Source: Amoebophrya sp. A120 (lineage: Eukaryota; Protista; Dinoflagellata). From it: a stretch of DNA of 64,000 bases. The notes beneath the pieces were generated by a model that saw nothing but the letters and a program-made list of their open reading frames with translations, did not search any database and had not been told where the DNA came from. The stretch is taken from the NCBI GenBank assembly GCA_905178155.1, contig CAJINV010000012.1:115389-179388 (forward strand), read 5' to 3'. Shown piece by piece: positions 32,791 through 45,200 of the stretch. The translations under genes were made by a program, and so were the position numbers. Positions within the stretch are counted from its first letter, which is position 1. Every line of letters starts with the position of its first letter.

Positions 32791-35657
32791 TTTGTTGATT
32801 TTATTCCTATTTCTTCTACCGGCAGAAAAAGCCTGTTCGGGGATGGAAAATAGAACTTCGCTGGCCAATTATATACTGCTAGTATTGCGTCAGACAACCA
32901 TGGACATAGTTAGGCGAGAATTTCTATGCATCACGTGTCTCCGCAACAATGGCTGAACGAATTTTCACCGTCAAAAAACTTTAGCGGGACATTAAGCGTT
33001 CTTCGCGACCGACTGGTAAAAAAGAAACTCAAATAAACAAGGGGCATTAACAGCAAACATCGCATTATGGTTTGGTTGGGCAGGCATGTCAAAGCAGAAA
33101 AACGCGGGGCGGCGAGGGGTAGAAAAATCGAAAGCCGCGGGCTCCTCTTGAGAAGGTACTACAAGCGTCCTTTTCGATCCTGTTCCATATTTTGTCGACC
33201 GAATCAGGTAAAGAGTCAAAATCGAATGCGTCATCAAAGGGTTAATATCACTCTGGCTGCTCAACCTCTAACTCGGTACGTTCGACTATTTGCGCAGGTT
33301 TAAGCAACGTGTCTCGACTGTCAAAACATGCATAGACGTAGCAAGATGAAGCTCCAATATGTCTCACTCATCTTCGAAAAAGAAAATCATTTTCAACAGC
33401 TGGATGAACACAGATATGTTGTGGAGGCCTATTCCGCTTGCTCCTCGCTGCTAGATGTTCACGTACACAACGACCAGCACAAACTTTGACAACTAGAAGG
33501 CAATCCAAAGAAAATTAATGCTTCAAAAAGAGCTTTTTGAGTACGACAAAATGCTCGACGGATGTCGACAAGAATGAACAAAGGGAAATGCTAGTAGTCT
33601 TGGTAGATATATCTTCGATTTCAACTGTATTGTCGTCAAAGGCAGCGAAGATCCAGTTCCTTTTGATACTGCTATAGACTGAGACTCTTAATGAGAATTT
33701 TTTCGTGAAGGTGAAGATCAAACTCAAAGAATGAAGCAATACAAAAAACAATATCATCGTTTGGTTCGAAAGAAGTTAAAAGGTATTACGCATATCAAAC
33801 GCGAACAAGGCGCGAAATCCCTCGCGGAAACGAGCTAGCATGGATGAACGCTAAAAATGGTATCGGCAAAAACCAACAGTCTGTCATTGCCAAATCAATA
33901 TTTTTGACACGAAAAGCTATCCTAAATCTAAGGAAGAATGCTGGAAACTGGAGCGAGCTCGTGGGAGGAGAGAGACGCAAAAAGACAACTAAATGGAAAA
34001 CATATGAAACAGAGTGCTATGTTCTCGAGAATTCTTTTTCCCCCAGGATCGAGCTGTGAGACTGAGACATCGGTATGAAATGAAACCATAGAGGAGGAGG
34101 AGGAGGATCCTTCACGCCTGTTTTTAGCTATACATATTGCTACTCAAGTGGAACATGATGTCGCAGACCACCCGGAGGAAACGAGCAGGGAGGCACCGCT
34201 CTCAGGAGAAACACCTACTCGGCCAGCATTTGCTCCTGTTCCTTGTACCAGACGCGCCATGTTGCAACTACCACTCTTCGAGTTGCGGGCACTGAGGTAC
34301 ACTGTTGCAGCTTCTTCTCTTCGAGCCGCGGCCGGGTGCGCTCCGTCTGCTCACAAGCTTACCCTCTGTGGTGCGGCTGTCTACTCTGGGACGGTCCGGG
34401 GCTTGGGCGAGTTTAGGGTCATATCGGGCACCATATGTGTTAGGTGCTTGTCCCTTAACTCTGTAGACACTGCGCTGCCTCCGCCCTGGAGCAGCTTGAG
34501 GCAGAGCTCACCTCCCGATTTTGTCACGATCAGGCGCTTCAAGGTGGTAGCATATTTGTCATGCTGCCACCTTCTCTCGGGTGGTTCTGGCCGGACCTTC
34601 GTCTCGTTCTACAAAGTCCACGTCTACGAATGCAAGACGCGAACTTTAGCTGCGCCCTAAAAATCTGAGATTCTTCCACTAGGCGGCTGCGCTGGATCGT
34701 GGGGAATTCTAATATGTATGGATCCGCACCTTGAATCGAGAAAAGATAGAGATACATCTGGAATCTCTATCAGAGAAAATCAATATCAGGATCTATCGAC
34801 ATCTCAGCAGCTCCTGGTCCAGATGTATATCTTTTCTTCATTCTACAGGCTCCGCGCCCTCGTTTTCCGCTTTCTCGTCGTGGTCTAGTTTGCTTGTGCT
34901 TAGACTAGGCGTGACCTGCTAGCTTTCGTACTTGCACCTTGTACGCTCGTGGCAGTGGAAGAGAAGATGTGAACCCGTCCAAAGAAGATGTTGAGAGCCA
35001 GAGCCCGCCACAAGAAGATGAAACTCTGCCGGCGCTGTGGAGAGGGAAATCGCCGACAGGGACCATATTTCTGGATGGAATGCGCACACAGACGCACGGG
35101 GCGCTGAGGCTCTACCTACTTTCTACTGTAAATGGGCACAGCTGACCCGCCACGTACGGGTGTCTAACTATTTTGCTTCGAAACTCCATCGCGAGGAGTC
35201 GGGGGAGATACCGACGTGGCGTCAGTGGTGGGAAATGTGTGTGTGCGATGGGTCTAACAACTACTCTACGGCATAGCTCCCCCTGTTCTAGATTTTTCGG
35301 ATCTCAGGCAACAAGGAAAAGCCTTGAGCCAAAATTACTTATACCAATTCAGCGAATTTATCATACAGGGCACGAAACTAACTTCTAGTAATGCAAAAAC
35401 AGAACGAATGGAGCCAGGTCGTAGGTGCATATGCATACAGATAGACACAGATAAGAGATACGGCAGGCAAAGCTACAGGCAATGCAGAAACAAATTAATT
35501 AAATAGTTCTTTTGGTCTATGAGCTACTGCTATTCATAGATTGGCACTCCTGATTTCATTTCTAACACTTGAAATGAAACCATAGATACAGCATCTAGTA
35601 CCCAATATCGCTATATTTCTGTGAAGACTTCTTTCGCTAGATTTGTCATGAATGATG

Positions 35658-35698
35658 AGATAACTTGAGCAACATGATTCATCTTGCTCAAGTTATCT
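35658..35698. repeat. Perfect 15-bp hairpin
   Basis: AGATAACTTGAGCAA ... TTGCTCAAGTTATCT. Confidence 0.8.
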
Positions 35699-35959
35699 TA
35701 TTCGTTTTCGTCGTGCTTTTCACGACTTCTCAAAGAAAAAAGAAAAAAAACTAGATCCCCCCATCAAGAAAAAGTAAACTTGCAGTCGTAGGTACGTCGA
35801 AATAGGAGCACGGGTAAGTAAAGAGGCCTTTATTTTTAGATTCTGTTGAATAGACTTCGATTCTTGTTGGTGCAGGAGCACACTTGCAATTTTACTGAAC
35901 GCAAATGCGTTCAATAAATTGCTTAAAATCATTGCAGCTGGCACGACTTACTTGGACTT

Positions 35960-36050
35960 GCGTCGCTTAAATCATCATGTGTCGCTTAAATCATTTGTGT
36001 CGCTTCAATCATTTGTGTCGCTTAGATCATTTCTTCTTGTGTCGCTATCG
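35960..36050. repeat. 18-bp tandem repeat (TGTGTCGCTTAAATCATT), about 4-5 copies
   Basis: Directly visible, downstream of the ATPase stop codon. Confidence 0.8.
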
Positions 36051-36291
36051 CTTAGAAGATAAAACTGTGCTTTATTTGCGTCGTGTAGAAGAAGATAAAA
36101 CTTTTCTTTCTTTATTGTCATTGTGTCGTTTCGAAGATAAAGAAAATCATTCGCGGCAGAGAACCGCAGCTACTGCTAGCTTCAGAAAACAACAGCGCCT
36201 AACAAAACCTGAATCATTGCATGGAACAGAGTTTTGTGTGCAAAAAATATGGCAAAAAATATGTGCAAAATATGCGCAAAACATTTCTTGT

Positions 36292-39200
36292 TCAACTCCT
36301 CTCCAGCCACGCAATTACCACACTCGGCAGCACCATAGTGACTACGACGAGCGAGGCAAAGGCGGCTAGCAGAGGAAAGAAAAACGCGTCTCGGTGGTAG
36401 TAATCTACTGCGTTCGTGTAGAGATCAAAGCTGCTTTGTTCCTCGCGATCCTCACGATGAGCGCTGCGAGTGAAATAACTGAAAATCTTCATATTTTTGA
36501 ACCTTTGATATAATCCACCTTGTTGTGAATCGTCGGCAGAATGATCTTCTTCCTGTTGCTCCACCATTTTCATCCCCGTACTGGCACTACTGCTGGGCTG
36601 CATATGCTCAAACGTCACCGCGAGCTTCTGTAACATTTCAACCGGTATTTTGGTCGATTCAGCCAGGTCGTTGATTTTTTCCAAGGTGGTACTACTACCC
36701 GGTAGTGTAATTGAACCTCTACCTCCACGACTACGCGCATTCATGTTCATCTTCTTCTTACTATCTGGTGTTGTTTTACTACTTCTGTTTGGGGTGGACG
36801 ACCCCAGTGGGGTGAGGCTATCACCTGCTACATCTGGTTGAACGGCTTCGGCCTGAACAGGCTGGTCTGCTGGCTGCCCAGCGGAACTCATTTTGCGCTG
36901 TCTCTCCAGCTCGTTCAACTTCCGATCCACTTCATCGCCATAAAACCGAGTAGAGTCCTCGGCACTCTTATCTTCCTTCGACAGCGCCTCAAACAGCGTG
37001 AGAATCTGCTTCTTCCTCGACCACGCACCCAGCACGTTGTGCCGGTTCAAAAAGTACACTTTCACCGGAGGGTTCACCGTCGGATCTACCTTCACTTGTG
37101 AAGATTTCTTGCTACGGATATTGGTGATTGGCGACATAAAATTTTTATCTCCAGATGAACAACAAGTGCCGTTTTGATGTAGTTTCTTCTTGTTTTCATC
37201 TCCACTACAGAAAAAGCCCCTCTCGTCGATGTCCAGCGGGCCGCCGAAGTGCGATTTTTCGGTGCAAACGGACTGATTGCAACTACTCCTGTCGGAGGTA
37301 GCGGCTAGGGTAGTTAAGGACACGCCACTGGATGAGCGAGGGGAGGAAGAGGCGACGTCTTGTAGTCTGGCGACGTCGAGGCTGTTATTGTTGTTCACAG
37401 CGGCCTCATCTCGTCGTGCTCCTGTCGTCCTCCTGGTAGTCGGATTGTTCACAGTGGCCTCATCTTGTCGTGCTGTCGTCCTCCTGGATGAAGTAGGATT
37501 GTTCAGACCCTGACCAACGCTTCGATTTACTTCCTGAAAAGCTCCTCTCGTCCGTGGTCCCCCGTGCTGCACCCTTATCGCAAATGGATCGGTGTAGTGG
37601 TCTTGACTCTGATCTTCACGTGAGAACTGCTGCCCTTGTTGGATGTTGGAGGGCGGCGCCAAAGCTGGGCCTAGTACAGGATGATGTTGATGAACTACCG
37701 CTGGACCACCACCAGGAGTTCTGCGATAATTCCTATTCAACATGCGCACGACCTGCACGCTCCCTGTGTTGACAATTCCCACAACTCTTTCCGCGTCCCG
37801 TGCCTGCTGTTGGGAAATCGAAAAAGTGGCCCTACTTTGCCTTTGGGCCGCTACAATTTCAACATCATGATCATCTCTCGCATTTCTACCAGCGCGTGCG
37901 TGGCGGCCCGGCGCGGAATCATGCTGTTGAGCCAAAAAGCGATTTAGAGTTCCGTCCGACCGAAGACCGCCACCTATATGGAACTGTCAAGATTGAAATT
38001 GACAAAGTTGAAAAATTTGTGATGCATAAAATCGATACCAGTTGGAAGCCCAATTTCTAAGCGGTGCATGACAAATTTAGGCGCCGTCTAAATCCAGTCT
38101 GTCATTCTGTTTAGGGACAGAAGGCGTCCCTTGTGATGCTACTTTAGCAGCTCTATCGCAGACCCCAAACAGGCTGACAGTCGGCCTCACTTGCCAGCCC
38201 TGCAAGAGGGGCGCTTCATGCCTTGCAATTTCTGCATGAGAAACAAGGCCCACCCGAGCGTGGGGACGGGGACTGGGGCCTTGTGCCCGTCCCTAGCGGC
38301 GCTAGTGGGGGAAGGGTGTTCGGCATCGGGGCAGACAGCGTCCGCCCCTCGCCTCACACCAGGCGCGCGCATGGTGGCTCAGTGCGCAAAGCACTAGTGG
38401 GGGAAGGGTGTTCGGCGTCGGCTCGGGCAGCGTCCGCCGCTCGCCTCACACCAGGCGCGCGCATAGTAGCTTAGTGCGCGAAGCACTAGCGGGGGAAGGC
38501 AGGGCGTGCGCCCGTCGCTGTCACCTGCCGGGGCCGCCTGTCAAGGTCACCTGCCAAGGTCACCTGTCGAGGTCGCCTGTCGAGGTCACCTGTCGAGGCC
38601 ACCTGTCGAGGTCACCTGTCGAGGTCACCTGTCGCCGGGGGTATGCGTTACCAGAACCCGGAAGTCAAGCAATGTAAATATTAATTATTTCACCTTTGTC
38701 GATTTCTTTTTTTTACAATCCTGACGCTTCCATAACCTACACTCCGGGTCGTGTAGAAGTCTGGGTCGCTGCTGCTCCGGCGGATCGCGATTGGCAACGT
38801 CAATAATCCACCTCCGCGAGGAGAAGTTCTTGAACTACTTCTAGTACCCGACGGCGGGCTTGTCATGTCTTGCATCTCAAAGCCACCAAGAACGTCGTGA
38901 CCTGTTGTTGTTCCACCTCTACTCGAGGTCTCCGCGGCCCAAAGAGTACTACTCGCGTGCGTTCTATCACCGCCCCCGACCACCGTTTGTGCGGCCGGCA
39001 AAGGGCTGACAGGGTTGCTGCTCGAGACTTCTTCGAGGTTGGCATTGAAGGAAACGCTTCGCCGGGAATTCCCGAAGGAAGAACTCCAGCGCCGTGATAT
39101 CACAGGAAAAAGTGTGGTTAACGTTAACGGAACAAGTTGTAATGCAGTAACGCATCGCAAACGTGCCCAGATTTGTCATGCGTAGCATGCATGCTAGGCA

Positions 39201-42200
39201 AAATTTGTCATGCATATTTGCAATCCAGGAAAACCGTTAACGTTAACAGTTTCTTGTTTGATACGTAAGATCCCCGCCTCAGTGTTGTCGCGTAGCGCAC
39301 TTCGGCCTGCTGCTCCACCAGGGGCGCTCCGACGCAGTAAGATCCCCGCCTCAGAAGTGTTGTCGCGTAGCGCACTTCGGCCTGCACCAGGGGCGATATA
39401 GTTGTGAGACACTTGTTCATGATGTTCTGGTGCGCTATGATTTATACTTCTATTGGATGGTCGAGGTCGTGGCATTGACTTGGGCGTCGCAGTAGGCGAG
39501 GCATCCAGTCGTGCCTGATTCAAGCTCAACATGATCGCGTTATTTGAATTTGCTGCTGCTCCACTTTGTCCTCTCCTCCTCGAAGATGAAACAATCAAAT
39601 TTGCTTCCGCCCTGGGCTCCGAGGGCGCCATTTGTTGCGCCAATCGCTGTGCGTGGGAAGATGAAGGCGACGTCAGGCCCGCCGCGAACGCGCGGGCGCG
39701 CGCAAGTCGGTCCGGTGGTGCTGAGCCTGCATTCATTTTGCTTTCTAGAGCGGCGGCGGCCCCTCCTGGTGCACCAGCAGTTCGGCCTGCTTTATCGTCC
39801 GATACAAAGCCGCCCGCCGGACCACGAACTTCGTTCCCCTTGTCATCCAAAACCCGCAGCCCCTCGGGGAGCAGCGAGCCGTCCTGTTTCGCGGCTTCGA
39901 GCAGGGAGGTGCCCTTTTGGGTCGCTTGGTCTTTCAGCTGGCGGATATCGGGCGTGAGGATCCACGGGATCCCCTCCTTGTCACTTCTGTCGGGAAAATG
40001 GGAATTCAAATACGCCGGGATATCCGGGCCCAGCGGACTTTGCCCGTGCTTTTTCGGAATCAGCCAGCACTTCGTTTGCGCAAACAGACTGTCGTTTGGA
40101 TGGGGTAGACCGTCGACGAAAGTTGTTCTACTCCCCGCGGACTTTTTCTTATTCCTGTTCCTTCGACTGTTTTTAGTGGTTTTACTTCCCCGAGGGGCGG
40201 GGGGTCCGGGCAAGCCTCGTTTTTTCCATCTCGGCACCATGATGATTTCCTTCGTAGGGTCGTGCGGGTGGGTCATTCTTTTGCCTTCTGCTTTCTTCTT
40301 CCGAGCGGCAGCACGAACCTTAGTCCGGGCTACACGAACCGCAGTTACTCCGCCTGGCCGCGCCTGCGCGATTTTTTTGTGGTCTTTCACGAGCTCCGCC
40401 TGAGTATATGTATGAAAGCCTCAGAATGGAAATCCTCAAAGTGGAAATAATTTGTGATGCATGAAATGCGACGCGAAAAACCCTGTATTGCAGAGGACGC
40501 AACGGAGGCCGACTATTGTGCTTCGACGGATTCAGAATTGGGCTGCTGATTAGCACGACAGAAGGGCACCCCTTTGCCTAACTAGCATGACAGACGCGTT
40601 TTGAGTACCCGGAAAATTTGTCATGCGCCGGATAGAAATGGCGATTCAACTGGAGTCGTTTTTTTGCATTACAAATTATTTTCACTTTGAGGATTTCCAA
40701 CCTGACACAACCATAATATGCGTACCAGCAGTAGAACCGCTCACTTCGCTCGGATTCCTATGCTGAGCAAAAGCGTCCCCGTCCCATAGTCAACAAGTTG
40801 GCAAATCTGCAACACAAATCTCCAAGTTTTGCCTGTCGAGCATGACAAGTTTGGGCTTGTAGTGTTGTTGCTAATCCTGTTTAGCTATTTCAGCAGCATC
40901 ACAGATCTGGCTTATCATGCTGATTCTAGCATCACAAATTCCAAAACACGAGTAGAAAATGCCTCTCGTGGGGGTCCGCATGAGAAACATTTTGATCATG
41001 CAGATTTGCATGACAACTTTGGGGTGGGGACGTTTTTACATAGGATAATTCCCGCAAGGTGTCCTCCGATTCCCGTCTCCGGGGCGTGGCAGGCGGGAGC
41101 GTGTGGGAAGCGGGCCGATCGTAATTTATCAGCGCCTGCGCCATCCCGGGTCGCGCACTCCAGGTCGCCTGACAGAGCTCTTGGCACAAGAACGCATTCA
41201 CCGCTTCCACGGATTTTTGGAACCGAATCTCCTTCTCTCTCCGCCTTTTCCGCTTCTCGGATTCGGCGAAAAGTAAGCGCTTCTGCACTAGCGTGGAATT
41301 CGGAAACCGTTCAACATACTTGGCCAGATTTTTGGAAAACGCATTCAAGTCGAGTGTTTCTTGGGGAGACGTAGTAGGGCTCCTAGAGGCCGCGGAGCCC
41401 GAGGAGCCACCTTGTTCTAGAAGTGGACTGCTGGTGCTCGAGTTATGTTGTGCAAAAATCGGGGGCATCAGGAGTGGTGCTCGTTCTGCTGCACCAGCCT
41501 TGTCCAGTCGCGGCCCGAACTGTGCCTCAAATTTCGTCTTTACCAGCAACTCCACTACCGTGCTCAAGTCCACGCTCAGCGACGGTGCCTGCACCTCGTT
41601 CCGAAACACCCGTATCGGCATTTTCCGTGCCTTTTCCACGAAGAGCAACCTGAGTTTCTTCCGCAACGTCGCCCAGTGTTCATACTCGCTGTCCGATTCG
41701 CGCTCCACCTCCAGCCACTTCGCGATAGAAAACCGAAGGTGCTTCATCAGATGCTTGACGAAGCCCAAGCCGACGTGTCTCTGTTCTTCCTTCACGACAA
41801 GCTCGTACGTGCGTTTCCACGCCTGAGAAACCGCTTTTGACATAGGCTGCAGATCCTCGAAAAACACTTGCGAGGGGTCCCAGCTAGTATGGATTGCAAA
41901 AGTATCGCACTAGTAGAAGTACTAGTAATTGCATATACAAATTGCGTTAGCATGACAAATGGAATTTGTGATGCTGTTTTACCTTGGGATGGAGATTTGC
42001 AATGCATAATTGCAATTACTACGAGTACGATACTTTTGCAGTGGATAGCTACATCGCCTCGACATTATCGTGGTCCGAGTGTTGCCTCGTGGCGTCATTG
42101 TGCTGTTTCCACCAAGATGAAATGGATCTCGACTCCTGTTGATGTCACTTGTTGGACTTGTTCCTCTTGTTCCCTCACCCTCATTGCGGAGGTCGTTGTA

Positions 42201-45200
42201 GGAAATCAAAGCTGGCTCCTGCCCGCTTGTATCGTGAGAAAAAAGTGTTATTTCGCTGTAAAGTTGCAATGCAGAAAATGCATCTCACAAGTGTTTGTCT
42301 TGCTACACATGCAAGACAGTGGGTTTTATTTACCTGCGTTTTCTCTTAGGAGCCTGGCATGGCAAGTTTTCGCTGTCATGTAGAACATCAAACTTGTGAC
42401 GCTGATGCAAAACCTGCAAAATCCTTACTGTGGAAAAACACTTTTTTCTTAGGATAGCTTGTTTCCGAAAAATAATGCTGCCTGGAGGAAAGTGACTGTC
42501 TCACCTCTTGTAGAAGGGTTTGTTGAGAAGCTTCAAGTTGTACATTAGCATCGTGTAGTCCACCGTCCTCTTCCAGCTCGGAGTCGGTTTCATTTTGCGG
42601 AAGAACATTTGATGATGTTTCACGACGACCAATAGAGTGGTTGTGCGTCCGACCCGAATTAACCGTCGGCGGTTGTTCAACATGATGAGCCTCGTCGATT
42701 ATATCAGAGCCTTGCATGTTGAAAACCCCGAAAGGCGAACTGCTAGTACTCCTTGATGCTGGTTCTGGTCCAACTCGCTGCCTCTCCTCCTGCAACATAA
42801 TCGGTTTCTGAATGTTGTGGTCAAACAGATCCGCTACCTGCACGTCCACCCGTCCCATCTCTCGGCCCGGTTTGAGCCGCCAGGTCAACGGGTTTTGCTC
42901 CGGGTCGGCGTTGCGAATGGTCTCCAACATCTCCTCATAGCTCCGTTTTCGCAGCTTCTTGATCTGCCGCATTCTCGCTCTTTTTGCTCGCTTCTGCTGC
43001 TCGGTCTCCTTGAAGGAGGCCATCCGCATCAACGCCGAAGGGCGCCTCTGACTTTTAATATTGCCGTTTGAAAATATTCCAGCAGTAGTAGATAACCCAG
43101 CACCACCCCAGAAGCTGCCAGTCCCGGTTAACAACCGTTTGGCTTTGGAGAAGAAGCTGGTACTTGTTGTTGAAAGAGACCATGTGGAGGCAACTGCACC
43201 GCCCTCGTCTTCATCCGAAAAATTATCAGCGTCGTCGTCCTCGTCCTCGGGTTCTTGTTGGTCCAAGGAGAAAAAATCCCGCACGAGCAGCTCGTAGTGC
43301 TTGTTGTCAATCTCCGAAAACCAGAATTGCTCCGAGTAAACCTCGGGCGGCCGGGTCTGCAGTTTCAGCGCGGTGATGACCGTATCAAATGCAAAAGTGT
43401 CTGGGTCTGGAAGATGAATGCGTGCTTTGTCATGCTGCTTTTCCATGACCCATGAGGTCTGGAATGCAGGACCTAGCATGACAGATTCTGCGAGACCTTT
43501 GCCTTTCTAATGCCTATCCTGCGTGACAAACTACCTCCCGACTTGGTCAAAACTGGACGACTTTTGGTAATCATGCAACACAGATTTGCGCATGCTGCAG
43601 ATTTAGCATGACAAGTCGCAATCTTCCAGACCCAGACATTTTTACATTTGATAGACCGAGGTGAGCAGCGAGTCGTACATTGGGTCGGTCTTGACGCCGC
43701 TACCCAGCATCCACGAATGGTAGTTATCCGTGTTGATCATGAAGCACGCGTTCAACACGGTGTTTGTCGTGAAAAACACTGTGAAAGGGAGACAAGAGAA
43801 GGCAATCGCGAGGAAGAGAGAGCAACTTTCCCGAAGTTGCGGTGACCGTGGTGGGCGTCGAGGACCATTTCCCGGCTCTACTAGTCCTCTCGTAGATAAT
43901 GCAGTTGATTCTTGTAGCTCGTAAAAATTTTCTGCTGCAACTGGTTCTTCCTTCGAGCGAGTGTTTTGATTTGAGGTTGACCTCGGAGGGGACCACAGTA
44001 ATGCTAGAGCACTGGAGGTACATGTCGAATCCTTCTTCGGGTTCATCTTCTGACTTTTCGTTTTATTGTTGTTCATCCTGGACATAATTGCAAATATAAC
44101 CCGCCTGAAGCCCGCAATTCCACTTTTCCAAAATGAAACGAACTCCGGCCAAAACCCGCGAAAAAAGTTCACGTTGCGCTGCTTGCCGAAGTCGGAAAAC
44201 CGGAGGAGAATCGAAACCGCGAGAACGAAAAAGCCGTAGAAGCAGGCAATCACGTATCCACAAAGAATAAACACCCATCCCCATCCAATTTGTCATGCAA
44301 AGCAGGCATCAAAAGCGGTACCTGTCATGCAAACAATGGATGGGGATGAATGCTTTTTTCTGAATATCACGCCCGACCCCACCATGCCAGACCGGAAGGT
44401 TGGCTCGGAGTTTTCCAGTTCTAGAGAATAAAGCTTATCCTGTGCAAAAGTATCGCATTCGTAGTAATTGCAGTCATACATTACAAATTTTTTTCCGAAG
44501 GTGCATCCGCATGACAAATTTTATTTCTCATGCTGAGGAAATTTGTATATGCATTTATACGAGTACGATAATCTTGCAATGCATAAAGGTACTTCAGCAC
44601 CAAGTCCGCCCCGGTCCCCGGCCGGAATTGTTCCAGATTCAACACCACCACCAGCATGGCAAGAATGATACCAAGGGAGAATAGAGTAATTCGCAAAAGC
44701 CTGGGCTTCGCGAAAAAGTTCGCGGCCGGGCGGACAGGGTTCAGGCCGGGGTAGGTGTAACAGTGATGTTCATCTACTGCGAGCGATTTTTGATCATGCG
44801 AAGGATCATCTCGTTGCTCCTCATGCCGCCCAGCTAGTACACCAGCAGAAGAATTACCACCATTTTTAGTACGATCTTCTTCATCTCCCGTAATCCTGAT
44901 GAAGTTCCCCGCCGGCTGTGAGCTGAGTAGAATCGTCAAACACCCGACAGAGGGAATCAGCACTTCGAAGCACAGCTGGGAGAGGAAGTGCCAGGTTGAT
45001 AATTCGATCACCTTGAGCAGGTTGAAACAGACCGCGGCGACGCCGACTAGAATCGAAAATTCGAATAGCGATGTCGAAATCGTCAAGCATGTTCGCCCCT
45101 CGCGGATCAATTCTATGAGCGAAAACAGCGACTCTGACTGTGTGCTAAACGAAGCTACCAGCGACTTTTCCCCGTTCGCTAACGCCAACCCCGCGTGGCT

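Noticed and set aside
35637-35701. Hairpin plus CTAG as a Helitron 3' end
   Set aside because: Stem is AT-rich, spacing is long, CTAG is not followed by T, and no 5' end was found
37927-37937. TTTTGGCTCAA partial spliced-leader match
   Set aside because: Only 11 nt and inside an in-frame exon; compatible with chance
39531-40403. 290-aa plus-strand ORF and similar antisense ORFs
   Set aside because: Shadow of minus-strand exons; no recognisable motifs
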